A stretch of DNA of 64,000 bases, taken from IMG/VR virus record IMGVR_UViG_3300028196_001171, one strand, 5' to 3'. The notes under the pieces are model-generated. The model worked only from the letters and a program-made list of their open reading frames with translations. It ran no database searches and was not told where the DNA came from. The DNA is from an uncultured virus (IMG/VR IMGVR_UViG_3300028196_001171) (taxonomy: Duplodnaviria > Heunggongvirae > Uroviricota > Caudoviricetes). Made by a program: the position numbers and the translations under genes. Shown piece after piece: positions 37,722 through 48,516 of this stretch (its first letter is position 1; each line of letters begins with the position of its first letter).

Positions 37722-39341
37722 ATGGCAACTCCAGTTTTAAATAATGGGATTTTCCTACGTGATACAAGCTATAAAGCTAGTTCTCATGTTGATTCTTATC
37801 ACCTTACCCAAATGCTTGGATCTTCTGAGCCTATGGATATGGGACCAATTGATTTATGGGCTATGACCCAAAAGGTAGAAATGCCTTTATATCAAATGGC
37901 TTCTTTTGGTGGAAAGAATACAATATTAGTAGACAACGCTAGAGGTGAGTACAAGTGGCAAACTCCTATTGCACAAGATCTACCTTACGTAGTAGCAGAC
38001 ATTGAACCAGCTAATGATAGCAAAGGTATTGATGGAACTCTATTTAAGATTAAGATCAACAAAAGAACATTTGGACATGGTGACATTATTACTTATGATA
38101 AGTATAATGGACTTGAACTTTACATCACAGCTGATGATATTATCCCAGCAGGTGACGGTTTTGTTTACACTGTTCAATTAGTTAACAACAACAACGCAGC
38201 AATCTTAGATAACAAGTATCTTGCAAAAGGGACTAAGTTCTTTAGAAAAGGTTCTGCAAGAGGTGAGTATGGAGAAAGATTCTCTGATATTGAAACAGGT
38301 TCTGGTTTCCGTGAATTCTACAACTTTGTAGGAGGAGCTGAAGCACACGTACACTATTCAGTATCTTCAAGAGCAGACTTAATGATCAAAGGCGGATTAA
38401 ACGCTGATGGTACAGTACCTGTAACTGAAATTTGGAGAAACTTTAATACTGACCCTAACAATCCATCTGTACCTAGTATTGAAGGATTAGTAGCTAATAT
38501 GGGTAAAGCTGGTGCTAGAGAAGCATTTGAAAATGGAAGTTTGACAAGAACATTCATTACAAATATGGAAGCAGCACACTTATCTAAAATTGCTACAGAT
38601 ATTGAGACTTACCTTATGTGGGGTAAAGGTGGTAGAATTAAGCAAGATGGACCAGATGATATTAGATTATCTGTAGGTTTATGGTCACAGTTAGATAACT
38701 CTTTCAAAAGAGTATACAACAAGTCATCATTTACTCTTGATATGTTTAAGTCTGAGCTTTACAACTTCTACCAAGGTAAAGTTGAATTTAAAGGGCCAGA
38801 CCCACAAAGATCACTTGTTGTACAAACAGGTATTGGTGGTATGCAATTAATCAACAAAGCAATTGCTGATGAAGTGTATGGTTCTGGTTTAGTTCAAAAT
38901 GCATCTGATATAGGAGCCGTTAAAGGTTCTGGTATGGATTTAGATTATGGTTTTGCTTACACAAGCTTTACTATTCCATTCTTAGCTAACGTTAAGTTTG
39001 TATTGAATCCAGCATTTGATAACTTAAATACTAATGACATTGAGAATCCATTAATTGACGGAAGACCTCTAAGTTCATATAGCTTTATTATCTTTGATGT
39101 TACTGATGAAGGAAATGACAACATTCACTTGTTGAAACTTTCTTGGGATAATCAACTTAAGTGGTTCTACCAAAATGGTACTATGGACTACATGGGAAGA
39201 ACTCAAGGGTTTGCATCTTCTGGTAACTTTAATGGATATAGAGTATATATGACTCAGACCATGCCAGCTATATGGGTTAAGGATCCAACCAAAGTTCTTA
39301 AAATTGTAATGAGAAACCCTGTAACAGGAGGATCATTCTAA
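37722..39341 (+). CDS. Major capsid protein
   Basis: 539 aa in portal-scaffold-MCP order; high-expression codon bias (AAC, TTC, TAC); strong terminator follows. Confidence 0.8.
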   Translation: MATPVLNNGIFLRDTSYKASSHVDSYHLTQMLGSSEPMDMGPIDLWAMTQKVEMPLYQMASFGGKNTILVDNARGEYKWQTPIAQDLPYVVADIEPANDSKGIDGTLFKIKINKRTFGHGDIITYDKYNGLELYITADDIIPAGDGFVYTVQLVNNNNAAILDNKYLAKGTKFFRKGSARGEYGERFSDIETGSGFREFYNFVGGAEAHVHYSVSSRADLMIKGGLNADGTVPVTEIWRNFNTDPNNPSVPSIEGLVANMGKAGAREAFENGSLTRTFITNMEAAHLSKIATDIETYLMWGKGGRIKQDGPDDIRLSVGLWSQLDNSFKRVYNKSSFTLDMFKSELYNFYQGKVEFKGPDPQRSLVVQTGIGGMQLINKAIADEVYGSGLVQNASDIGAVKGSGMDLDYGFAYTSFTIPFLANVKFVLNPAFDNLNTNDIENPLIDGRPLSSYSFIIFDVTDEGNDNIHLLKLSWDNQLKWFYQNGTMDYMGRTQGFASSGNFNGYRVYMTQTMPAIWVKDPTKVLKIVMRNPVTGGSF

Positions 39342-39352
39342 GAACAATAATT

Positions 39353-39390
39353 AAAGGGGAGGGGCTAATACCTCCTCCCTTTTTATTTTT
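39353..39390 (+). terminator. Intrinsic terminator
   Basis: AAAGGGGAGGGG-CTAATA-CCTCCTCCCTTTTT. Confidence 0.75.
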
Positions 39391-39412
39391 AACCTTTAAA
39401 ATATAACTAATC

Positions 39413-39607
39413 ATGGCACTAGATATTAAAAGACAAAATAAAACATATGAGTTTTCAAATTCAAGTGTTTCAAAAATACTTGCTTCTAAAGCTGTTGGTA
39501 AAGACATCTTAGCTAGAGACCATGCAGATAATGCAGCAGCAATTGCTGCAGGTTTAGCAAAAGGTGATATATATCACACTACAGGAGCTTTGAAGATAGT
39601 TGTTTAA
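39413..39607 (+). CDS. Small putative head-decoration/fibre protein
   Basis: HADNAAAIAAGLAKGDIYHTTGALKIV motif; follows MCP. Confidence 0.5.
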   Translation: MALDIKRQNKTYEFSNSSVSKILASKAVGKDILARDHADNAAAIAAGLAKGDIYHTTGALKIVV

Positions 39608-39724
39608 AAGTCAAAAAACTTTAGCAAGGGTAAAACCTTGCTTTAGAAATTAGTAATAATAAATGTACATAAATATGTACTTTTGACTGTGAGTAATAAT
39701 TATTAATTAAAACCAAAAACAAAG

Positions 39725-40741
39725 ATGAGTGATTACACTATTGTAGAAAAGTATCAACAGAATAAAAATCAAACTGTTGCTGTACGTCCATTTTTTAATC
39801 CTAATAGAGAAAACATGGGATTAGAAAAGTATGGTCTGTCATTGCATGATGGAGTATACCATGAAGAGTCTTTAGCATGTTTAGAAATGAACGGTGTTAA
39901 AAGATATGTAACAGGATTAAATGAATTTGCACCTGAAGTAAAAAAGCTAGCACCAAAAGAAAAGAAAGCTAAGATTAAAGAAATTAGATCAGTAGTTGCT
40001 GAATTAGAAGCATCTCTTGCTGCTAATGTAGTTGATCCAGAAGATAAAGACTTTTGGAATAAATTAACTATTATGAGTCCTAATAATGATAAGTTCTGGG
40101 ACAAGATTAGTATGAGATGTGGTAATGAACCAGTATTTTTAGATCCAGAAATGGACCCTTATGATAGAATTAAACTTCATGCAATTAAGGCGGGAGGATT
40201 TTCTATTGTTGCTAAATCTTTAAAAGATGCTAAGGCTAGCCCTAAAGGAGTTAAGTTTTATTTAGATACTTTAGAAGAATCATTAACTACAAGAACTGAA
40301 TTAACAAAAGTTAGAAATAAAGCATTAGTAGAATTACAAACAATGTTTGATAGTAATCCAACAAAGTTGATGTATGTTTCTAAAATATGTGATGTGAATA
40401 GTGTACAGTATGTTAAATCAACACCTAATGATATACTATATGAGAACATGGATGATTACGTTCAAGGACATGGTAGTGAATCAAATAAGAAAAGAGCAGC
40501 TCAGAACTTCCTAGATGTTGCAACATTATCAATGGAAGAAATAAAACTAAGAGCTCTTGTTAAAGATGCATTGTTTTATAGATTTTTAGCTACAAAAGCA
40601 GGTGGATGGATTGAGCCTTTAGATAGTGGAGTAAGACTAGGTAAATCACCATCAGAGTGTTTAACATTCTTAATGGATCCTAAAAATGAAGAAACATTAT
40701 TATCTTTAATGCAAAAAGTTGAACCATACTGGAATTCATAA
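39725..40741 (+). CDS. Hypothetical protein in capsid module
   Basis: 338-aa ORF. Confidence 0.7.
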   Translation: MSDYTIVEKYQQNKNQTVAVRPFFNPNRENMGLEKYGLSLHDGVYHEESLACLEMNGVKRYVTGLNEFAPEVKKLAPKEKKAKIKEIRSVVAELEASLAANVVDPEDKDFWNKLTIMSPNNDKFWDKISMRCGNEPVFLDPEMDPYDRIKLHAIKAGGFSIVAKSLKDAKASPKGVKFYLDTLEESLTTRTELTKVRNKALVELQTMFDSNPTKLMYVSKICDVNSVQYVKSTPNDILYENMDDYVQGHGSESNKKRAAQNFLDVATLSMEEIKLRALVKDALFYRFLATKAGGWIEPLDSGVRLGKSPSECLTFLMDPKNEETLLSLMQKVEPYWNS

Positions 40742-40751
40742 AAAATAAAAA

Positions 40752-41453
40752 ATGGAAAATAATACTCTACTTGTAAAACTAAAGCAGCGTCTAAACAAAT
40801 TAGATAGTCAAGACTTTGACAATGTTGAATGTTGGCAATTTGTTGAAGCTTTTAATAAAGCTCAAGTTGAATGGTGTAGAAGAAACTTACATGGAGGTAA
40901 TATGTATAAAGAAGGGGATGAATTATCTAAAAGAAGAATAGATGATTTACAACCACTTCTTATTGAATTATCTTTAACGGGTAATGATTTTCCAGATTAT
41001 TTTGAAACAGACAACTTTCCCGTAAACCAATATATGGAATTTAAGAGGGTGACAACACAAGCCAAAGATGATTGTTGTACACCTAGGTCTATGACAGTAT
41101 ATTTAGCTGAAGAAGCAAATGTACCACTCATTATGAGAGACCCTCTTAAAAACCCTGATTTTGAATGGGGAGAGACATTCTGCACAATGATTAATAATAC
41201 AATAAGGATATACAAAAGAAATTTTGATATTGTAAATCCTGTTCTTACTTATTATAGACAACCAACTATTATGCAAATAGAAGGATGTGTAAATCCATAT
41301 AATGGACAAGTAAGTCCTGTAAATGTTCAGTGTGAATTTAAAGATGATTTAGTAGAAGTAATCCTTGATGATACAGCTGCTTTAATTGCAGGTGATATTG
41401 AAAATATGTATCAGCAGCAAAGAGGAATGCAATCTGCAGAAAAAAATAATTAA
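40752..41453 (+). CDS. Putative head-tail adaptor/ring protein
   Basis: FNKAQ, LTYYRQP, CEF..DL.E.I.D motifs like crAss ring proteins. Confidence 0.6.
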   Translation: MENNTLLVKLKQRLNKLDSQDFDNVECWQFVEAFNKAQVEWCRRNLHGGNMYKEGDELSKRRIDDLQPLLIELSLTGNDFPDYFETDNFPVNQYMEFKRVTTQAKDDCCTPRSMTVYLAEEANVPLIMRDPLKNPDFEWGETFCTMINNTIRIYKRNFDIVNPVLTYYRQPTIMQIEGCVNPYNGQVSPVNVQCEFKDDLVEVILDDTAALIAGDIENMYQQQRGMQSAEKNN

Positions 41454-41578
41454 TTTATGTTTTTAGTTTAAAAAAGCGTATATTATTATAGTAACAAGAA
41501 AGTTACGGACAGAGTAAACTGTAGAAATCTTTTTTTATAACCAGTGAGGGTAATGGTCCTCACACAATTTTATTTATT

Positions 41579-42799
41579 ATGGCATATTTTAATAATGCGT
41601 TTCAAAAAACGTTTGTAGCATCATCAGTTGATATGGCTGGTAGTACTGCAACAAGTGCACTTACCGCAGGTGAGTTAGCTCTAGTTGATGGCAAAGATTG
41701 GAAGTCACTAAATATTACAGGTCAAGCAACTCCTGCAGCAGGAGATTTAGCTTATGTAGTACAAGGTTCTTTCTATACTAAAGATTCAATTGGAAATAAC
41801 CCTGGTCATGGTGGTTACAAAGAATCAGTAAAATCAAAAGGAATTAATCCTAGATATATTACTAGATTATGGTCAGCAGCATGTTTAACTGCATCACAAG
41901 CAACAGCTAGTTTATCTTTAGCATCTGATTGTGCACCATGTGGTAAAACACAATTTATGAGAATTGATGTAAAGGGTTCACCTGCATTAAGATTTTTAAA
42001 TCACAATGCTTATGCAATTGGAGATTCAGCAAATATTTGCTGCGTTGAAGGACAAGAGTATATTGATCCAGTTTTAGTAGCTGCAACAATGGCTCAAATG
42101 GTATTAGCAGATCCATTAATCAAGCCTTTTGTAGCTGAGAAAAGTGGTGGTGGTGTAGATGTAACTGTTACAGAAGCAGGAGTAGCTACAACAACTACAT
42201 TTACTATAGCACAAGCATTAGACGGAACATATGTTCCATCAACTGATCCAACTGGTGTTCAAGCAGTATCTGTAAAAGTTAATTTTGTAGGAGCTTATGT
42301 TGACACAGTATTTGGAAATTGTTCTTTTGACACAAGAGATCACTTTAATGCTGAGCCAGTAGAAGTTCTTGTTTCTTTACTTGATGAAACTGGAAACCCA
42401 TGTAATGATTGTGGAGTTGCTACAGCAACACCAGGTTCTATGCAACAAACACAAGGTGAAGAAGTAATTAGAGAATTAATTTTATCTGAAAGATACCGTC
42501 AATCTCCTTATAACCAAGGAAATGCTGACAGTGCTAGAATCAGAGAAATTGAAATGTCTGATGAAATCTTAGCTGCTGTTGATAGATCTTCAACATACAA
42601 AGCATATTACATTCAGCATTCTGTACCAAGATTCAATAATCCTACTGGAGTATTTGATAATGATCAGTATATTTACAAAGTATATGTAAAATGTAGTGAT
42701 ACAACAGCACAATCTGAAATGGTTGCATTTATGGAATTATTGCAAGATTGGGCAGCTGATAATGGCAACAATTTAGCATTTGACCAAAATGACTACTAA
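41579..42799 (+). CDS. Structural protein (Cys-containing), own promoter and terminator
   Basis: 406 aa, Ala/Thr/Gly rich; late motif at 41478. Confidence 0.65.
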   Translation: MAYFNNAFQKTFVASSVDMAGSTATSALTAGELALVDGKDWKSLNITGQATPAAGDLAYVVQGSFYTKDSIGNNPGHGGYKESVKSKGINPRYITRLWSAACLTASQATASLSLASDCAPCGKTQFMRIDVKGSPALRFLNHNAYAIGDSANICCVEGQEYIDPVLVAATMAQMVLADPLIKPFVAEKSGGGVDVTVTEAGVATTTTFTIAQALDGTYVPSTDPTGVQAVSVKVNFVGAYVDTVFGNCSFDTRDHFNAEPVEVLVSLLDETGNPCNDCGVATATPGSMQQTQGEEVIRELILSERYRQSPYNQGNADSARIREIEMSDEILAAVDRSSTYKAYYIQHSVPRFNNPTGVFDNDQYIYKVYVKCSDTTAQSEMVAFMELLQDWAADNGNNLAFDQNDY

Positions 42800-42827
42800 T
42801 TAGTAAATAGTTAGTTTGTTAATTAAT

Positions 42828-42860
42828 AAGGGTGGGAGAGAAATCTCCTGCCCTTTTTAT
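42828..42860 (+). terminator. Intrinsic terminator
   Basis: AAGGGTGGGAGA-GAAA-TCTCCTGCCCTTTTT. Confidence 0.75.
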
Positions 42861-42919
42861 TTTATATTGTCTAGATTTTTTTGTATATTATTTATATAGT
42901 ATTTATAAATAAAACAAAA

Positions 42920-43480
42920 ATGGCAAACAGACATATTTTAAGCCTTGAAATACCAACAGTATCTAATTGTAATTTGTTATGTATAAAAGATACAAGTCAG
43001 TATTCTGAGAACCTTGCTGTTGAATGTGAGGAGTTGCTTATTACTTTGCCAGGTTACTCTGTGCCTGTACTTATAAAAGTAGATAAAGATTTTGACATGT
43101 GTTTAACTGCATGTACACTTGCTTTACAATCAGAGAATTGTGGTACAGAACAACAAAATATCCCTGACGGTATATACATTATCAGATACAGTGTATCACC
43201 AAATTCAAAGGTGTATGTTGAATATAATCATTTGAGAGTAACAAAATTATTATCTCAGTATTATGAAGTATTATGTGATTTAGATGTACATCCTTGTCAA
43301 CCTGATTCTGATAAAGCTGAATTACTTTCTGAAATGAGTTATATAAGAACAATGATAGATGCTGCAGTTTCAAATGTAGAATACTGTCAATCACCTGCAC
43401 AAGGGATGCAGATATATAATTATGCAAAGCAAAGATTAAATAAAATTACATGCCCTAATGGGAATTGTGGTTCAAAATAA
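42920..43480 (+). CDS. Cys-rich hypothetical structural protein
   Basis: Start MANRHIL at 42920; about 10 Cys; PDGIYIIRYSV. Confidence 0.7.
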   Translation: MANRHILSLEIPTVSNCNLLCIKDTSQYSENLAVECEELLITLPGYSVPVLIKVDKDFDMCLTACTLALQSENCGTEQQNIPDGIYIIRYSVSPNSKVYVEYNHLRVTKLLSQYYEVLCDLDVHPCQPDSDKAELLSEMSYIRTMIDAAVSNVEYCQSPAQGMQIYNYAKQRLNKITCPNGNCGSK

Positions 43481-43501
43481 TATAACATAAACCAATTAGT
43501 T

Positions 43502-43672
43502 ATGAGTAACTGTAATGTATGTGGAAGAAGATTTACTTGTGGATGTCAAAAGGCATATGATGAAAATGGTGCAGCAGTATGCAAGTCATGCAAGCCTGTT
43601 AAACAATCATCAACAAATACATTAAGTAGACAACTTGCACAACAAAAAATTATGGATTTGAAATCTAAATAA
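43502..43672 (+). CDS. Small Cys-rich protein (56 aa)
   Basis: Hand translation MSNCNVCGRRFTCGCQKAYDENGAAVCKSCKPV...; TAATG overlap with the next gene. Confidence 0.65.
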   Translation: MSNCNVCGRRFTCGCQKAYDENGAAVCKSCKPVKQSSTNTLSRQLAQQKIMDLKSK

Positions 43673-44211
43673 TGAGTACTACAAGAGAAATAACAAATGC
43701 AAATCAGGTAAGCAATGTTGCCTTAATGAAAGAAATTAAGATTGAGCAAAATTTTGCTAATCAAGCTTATGCTAATTTCAAGTCAGTTAAGTTTGGTATT
43801 GAAGCATGCTGCTATACAGATTTTGTAAGTGCAACATTAAAAAAAGATATATGTGATTGGCAAAACTCTATAAGCAATAAGCTTGTAGTAGCAACAGAAA
43901 CACCAGGTGTATTTGTAGAGCCATTAGCAAAAGTAAATCTTAAAGCTAGTATAAGTTGCCCAGAAACACCTACAGGTGTTTGCACAATATTAGATTTAGA
44001 AGAAATAATAGAGGATAAAGGAACATATACACAATGTTATGAAAGTGCATCTAGCATATGGACTGTAACACATAATTTAGGAAGTTTTCCATCAGTTACA
44101 GTTGTTGATAGTGCAAATACAGTAGTAGTAGGTAACGTGGATTATATAAGTTCACAACAATTAAGAATAACATTTGCAGCTTCCTTTTCAGGATGCGTCT
44201 TTTTAAATTAA
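43672..44211 (+). CDS. Structural protein with WTVTHNLG fibre-associated domain
   Basis: WTVTHNLGSFPSVTVVDS...FAASFSG. Confidence 0.7.
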   Translation: MSTTREITNANQVSNVALMKEIKIEQNFANQAYANFKSVKFGIEACCYTDFVSATLKKDICDWQNSISNKLVVATETPGVFVEPLAKVNLKASISCPETPTGVCTILDLEEIIEDKGTYTQCYESASSIWTVTHNLGSFPSVTVVDSANTVVVGNVDYISSQQLRITFAASFSGCVFLN

Positions 44212-44241
44212 ATAAATAACAAATAAATAACAAATAAATAA
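44210..44241 (+). repeat. About three tandem copies of 11-bp AAATAAATAAC in a gene leader
   Basis: aaataaataac aaataaataac aaataaataa. Confidence 0.6.
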
Positions 44242-44247
44242 AACAAA

Positions 44248-46653
44248 ATGGCAGTACAATTTTTAACGGGACTCAATGTCCAAGGAAATTTAAATCTGAA
44301 TGATAATCAAATACAAAATGTGATCATTCAGCCTCTTGGCGCTGACCCGTCAGGAATTGCAGGTAAAATCTATTATAACTCTGGTACAAATAAACTAAAA
44401 TTATATGATGGTTCTGCTTGGGTAGATATAACAACAGGTGCAGATGGTAACACAACCTATGACTTAACAGCAACAGGATCTGGTAACGGAACAGCAACAT
44501 TAAATTTAGTTGCTTCTAATCCAGCTAGTACTGATGCAATAGTATATACAGGTACAGGTACAACCACAGTAACACGTGCTGGTTCTACATTTACTATTAA
44601 CTCAGCTGATCAATATGTTGGTACAGTAACAGAAGTAAAAAGAGGTACTGGTATTAGTATAACTGGTACAGCAACAGTAACACCTACAGTAGGTATTCAA
44701 TATACAACTTCAAAGAATGCAATCTTAGAAGCAACTTCACAAGGTCCAGCATCAGAAGACTATTTATGGTTTTCAGCTGCAGCAGATGATGTTATCTACA
44801 AGACTACAATTGATAAGATGCCAGGCTTTGGTAAAGATGGTACAGTTACTTCTGTAGGATCTGGAGCAGGTTTAACAGGGGGTGCAATTACTGCATCTGG
44901 TAGTTTAGCAGTAGATTATGCAGGAGTAGACAACGTTGTATTAGCAGCTGCTAATGGAACAGCTATTGATTTAGTTGCGGATGATAAAATTTTATTTTCT
45001 GATGATACAGATAGCAATGCTAAATATGCAAACTTATCTCAAGTAGCAAGTTATATTAATGCAGGTGCAGGTTCTGTAACTTCTGTTGATGTTAGTGGTG
45101 GAACTACTGGTTTAACAACAAGTGGTGGTCCAATTACAAGTAGTGGAACAATTACTCTAGCTGGTACATTAAACGAAGTAAATGGAGGTACAGGATTAGC
45201 AGCATATACCAAAGGAGATATATTATTTGCAGACGGTGCAAATTCATTAGCTACATTAGGAATTGGTGGAAGTGGGCAAAGACTTGCTGTTTCCGCATTA
45301 GGTGTAGTAGAGTGGGTTAATGATTCTGGTTCAGGTGTAACAAGTATTGAAATAACAGAAACAGGTAATGCATTAACAATTACAGGTGGACCAATTACTA
45401 CTTCAGGTACAATTAATATTGCTGGAGCAGGTTCATCAACTCAAGTAGTACGTGGTGATTTAACTTTAGGTACTTATACAACTGGTACAGTAACAAGTGT
45501 TGCTACAGGAAAAGGTCTTACAGGTGGAACAATTACAGCTACAGGTACAGTTGAAGTTGATTATGGTATAGCTGGTCTTATAGAAGATGCTCCAGCAATG
45601 GCACAAGCACCAAAGAGAGATGACTTAATATTAATACAAGATATATCAAGTGGTAAAGGTGAAACAGTTAAACATCCACTAGCTAAGGTTTCATTATCTT
45701 TATTTGAGGCACCTTTTGCTGATTTAGACTTTGCATCTTTCAAACTTACATCTCTAGCAAATGGTACAGCATCAAAAGATGCAGTTAACTTAGGACAAGT
45801 ACAAGCACTTGTAGCCGGAGTTGGTGTATTCCAAGGTGGATATGATGCATCAGCAAACTCACCAGCAATAGCAGGAGCAAGTAACATTGCACTAACAACC
45901 GGAGATTTCTTTGTTGTTACTAAAGATGGTACTATAACATTTAGGGGAAGTACGGTAGCCGTAGAGGTTGGTGATACAATTTATGCTAATCAAACAATTG
46001 CAGCAAGTTCTAATCCTGCAGCTTCAGATTATGCTATAGTAATACAAGATCAAAACATTGCGGGTGTAGGTGCTACAGATGGAGCAACTGAAAAAGGTGT
46101 TGCTGGATTTAGTAGTGCAACTTTTGCTGGTACAGCAACTGGATTCATTACTGTTAAAGCAGGTGGAATTAGTGATGCTCAACTAGCAAGTACATTCAAT
46201 AAGATTATTGGTATTGATACAGATATTAATACAAGTGGTGTTGATGTAATTGATCAAATTAGTTTAACTGATGGTGTTGTAGAAACATTAACTACAAGAA
46301 CATTACCTAATGCTGCAACAGGATCAGTTGGTGTTACAGAGATTGCAACACAAGCTGAAGTAGATACAGGAACAGATACATTTAGATATGTAACTCCAGC
46401 AACATTAGCAAGTGCTCAATCTAAAAGATCATACACAGGTACTTGGCCAGCAACTAATACAAATACTTTTGATATTACATCAGCAGTTCATGGATTAGCT
46501 AACGGACCTTGGATTATTCAAACCTATGATGCTAAAGGAACTCAAGTATATATGGATGTTCTTGCGAATCAAGCTTCAGGAACTATAACATTTGCTGCAA
46601 CTTCTAATTTGGGTGCAAATAACATTACAGTAGTAATGCAACTTGTAGGATAA
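44248..46653 (+). CDS. Fibre protein
   Basis: G/T/S-rich GTVTSV..G.GLTGG.IT..G repeats; DAVNLGQ; EIATQAEV. Confidence 0.75.
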   Translation: MAVQFLTGLNVQGNLNLNDNQIQNVIIQPLGADPSGIAGKIYYNSGTNKLKLYDGSAWVDITTGADGNTTYDLTATGSGNGTATLNLVASNPASTDAIVYTGTGTTTVTRAGSTFTINSADQYVGTVTEVKRGTGISITGTATVTPTVGIQYTTSKNAILEATSQGPASEDYLWFSAAADDVIYKTTIDKMPGFGKDGTVTSVGSGAGLTGGAITASGSLAVDYAGVDNVVLAAANGTAIDLVADDKILFSDDTDSNAKYANLSQVASYINAGAGSVTSVDVSGGTTGLTTSGGPITSSGTITLAGTLNEVNGGTGLAAYTKGDILFADGANSLATLGIGGSGQRLAVSALGVVEWVNDSGSGVTSIEITETGNALTITGGPITTSGTINIAGAGSSTQVVRGDLTLGTYTTGTVTSVATGKGLTGGTITATGTVEVDYGIAGLIEDAPAMAQAPKRDDLILIQDISSGKGETVKHPLAKVSLSLFEAPFADLDFASFKLTSLANGTASKDAVNLGQVQALVAGVGVFQGGYDASANSPAIAGASNIALTTGDFFVVTKDGTITFRGSTVAVEVGDTIYANQTIAASSNPAASDYAIVIQDQNIAGVGATDGATEKGVAGFSSATFAGTATGFITVKAGGISDAQLASTFNKIIGIDTDINTSGVDVIDQISLTDGVVETLTTRTLPNAATGSVGVTEIATQAEVDTGTDTFRYVTPATLASAQSKRSYTGTWPATNTNTFDITSAVHGLANGPWIIQTYDAKGTQVYMDVLANQASGTITFAATSNLGANNITVVMQLVG

Positions 46654-46668
46654 TAAAAAGTAGAATTT

Positions 46669-46715
46669 AAAGGGGGAGCATTTAAATCTAGAATTTAGTG
46701 TTTCCCCTTTTTTTT
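46669..46715 (+). terminator. Intrinsic terminator
   Basis: AAGGGGGAGCA...TGTTTCCCCTT followed by a T run. Confidence 0.7.
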
Positions 46716-46750
46716 AAAATATGTATATTGCAAACAAAGAATAAAATGTC

Positions 46751-48343
46751 ATGGCTATAAGTTTTTTATCTTCAATAGAAATAAACGGATCATGTACTGT
46801 CACTAGTATAGGGAATGATAACAGTACATATACTGGTATATTAGTATGGGATGGTTCAGGATTGAAGTACAGAACTAAAGCTCAACTTTTATCAGATATT
46901 GGTGCAGGTACAGGAACAGGTACTGTGACTTCAGTTACTGTTACAGGTTCTAATGGTTTATCTGGTACAGGTACAATAACAACAAGTGGAACAATAACTT
47001 TATCAAATAGTGATAGAGGTTCAGCTCAAAACATATTTAAAAATATTGCAGCAGCTGGTCAATCTAATATTGTTGCAGATAATAATAATGATACACTTAC
47101 ATTTAAAGCAGGTAGTAATATTACAATAAAGACTGATGCAAGTACAGATACTATTGAGATTATATCTAAGGATACAACAACAAACTATTATTTAAGTTCT
47201 GCATCTTTTGATACAGGTAATGGTGTATTAACACTTAATAGATCTGGACTTACTGCAGTAACAGTTGATCTTGACGGAAGATATGTTACAAGCTCAGGTG
47301 TTACTTCTATAGCCACAACAAATGGTATTACAGGAGGTACAATAACCTCAACAGGTACAATTGAAGTAGATAGTACAGTAGTAAGAACTTCAGGTGCACA
47401 ATCCATTGGTGATGTAAAAACATTTACAAGTAGAGCTGATTTTTCCAATGGAGATGGATTAAGAACTAATCAAGTAAGAACTTATGGTGGTCAACAACTT
47501 GTACTTAATGCAGGTGAGTCATCATCTTATACTACAGGACAGACAAATGAGTTAGTTTATATAAATGCTGAATCAGGACTGGAAATTAACTCTTCTCCTG
47601 ATAATTGGAATAGTGGATGGGCAGGAAGAAAAACAACAACAATAAATGATACAAGTGGTAATTCTACTTTTGCCAATGATATAACAGTATCAGGTGGTGA
47701 TATTACTCTTGGTGGTACAGGACGTATACAAGGTGTAGATACAGTTTCATCTGGTACAGATGCAACAAGTAAGACATATGTAGATAATGCTATAAGCAGT
47801 CATAGACCTTCAGCACCAGGTGCTCCTACTAACATTAGTGCAAATATTGTAGGTGAAACTATAGAGATTTTATTTGGTAAATCATCAACAAATAATATAG
47901 ATTACTATCAAGTTTGGTCATCAGATGATGGTGGTGATTTTGGGATTATTGGACAAATACCTCCAGATGATTTTTCTGGTACAATGACTATTGTAGATAC
48001 CACCTTTAATACAGGTGGTACAATGTCATATAGAATATATGCAGTTAAAGAAGGAATATACTCTAGCCCAGGTACGGTATCTAAAGCATACACTGTTGGT
48101 GCATTAAGTGTTAGTAATATGACTGTTATTAATTTAAACACAGCATATTATGTACAGTATGAAAAGCCAGTAACAAGGTTTATAGATCATATTGAAATAT
48201 ATATGGATTCACAAACTACATTAGCTGCATTAAGTAGATCAAATGCTTCTATTATATATAGTGGGGACAACGCATCATATATGTATAACGTAGCAACTAG
48301 TAAAAATTACCATCAGTTTTGGGTAGAAGTAGTAACATCATAA
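46751..48343 (+). CDS. Fibre protein with C-terminal FN3-like domains
   Basis: GTVTSV repeats, DATSKTYVD, PGAPTNI...YRIYAVK. Confidence 0.7.
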   Translation: MAISFLSSIEINGSCTVTSIGNDNSTYTGILVWDGSGLKYRTKAQLLSDIGAGTGTGTVTSVTVTGSNGLSGTGTITTSGTITLSNSDRGSAQNIFKNIAAAGQSNIVADNNNDTLTFKAGSNITIKTDASTDTIEIISKDTTTNYYLSSASFDTGNGVLTLNRSGLTAVTVDLDGRYVTSSGVTSIATTNGITGGTITSTGTIEVDSTVVRTSGAQSIGDVKTFTSRADFSNGDGLRTNQVRTYGGQQLVLNAGESSSYTTGQTNELVYINAESGLEINSSPDNWNSGWAGRKTTTINDTSGNSTFANDITVSGGDITLGGTGRIQGVDTVSSGTDATSKTYVDNAISSHRPSAPGAPTNISANIVGETIEILFGKSSTNNIDYYQVWSSDDGGDFGIIGQIPPDDFSGTMTIVDTTFNTGGTMSYRIYAVKEGIYSSPGTVSKAYTVGALSVSNMTVINLNTAYYVQYEKPVTRFIDHIEIYMDSQTTLAALSRSNASIIYSGDNASYMYNVATSKNYHQFWVEVVTS

Positions 48344-48345
48344 TT

Positions 48346-48516
48346 ATGGCAGGAACAGAACCAGGAACAGATAGAGAGTATTGGCTAAATTGTTTAGCTG
48401 AATATGAGCTTGCACTTGAAGAAGAATTTCAAATGGAGGCTGGCTATGGGTTTGATGACAATATGATTCAATTATTAAAATTTGAGATAAACGAATGTAT
48501 AAAACAGTTAACTTAG
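48346..48516 (+). CDS. Small acidic protein
   Basis: MAGTEPGTDREYWL..., fills the gap between fibre genes. Confidence 0.55.
   Translation: MAGTEPGTDREYWLNCLAEYELALEEEFQMEAGYGFDDNMIQLLKFEINECIKQLT

Noticed and set aside
31309..39341. Introns or inteins in terL, portal or MCP
   Set aside because: The ORFs are uninterrupted, of expected length, and show no intein or homing-endonuclease motifs
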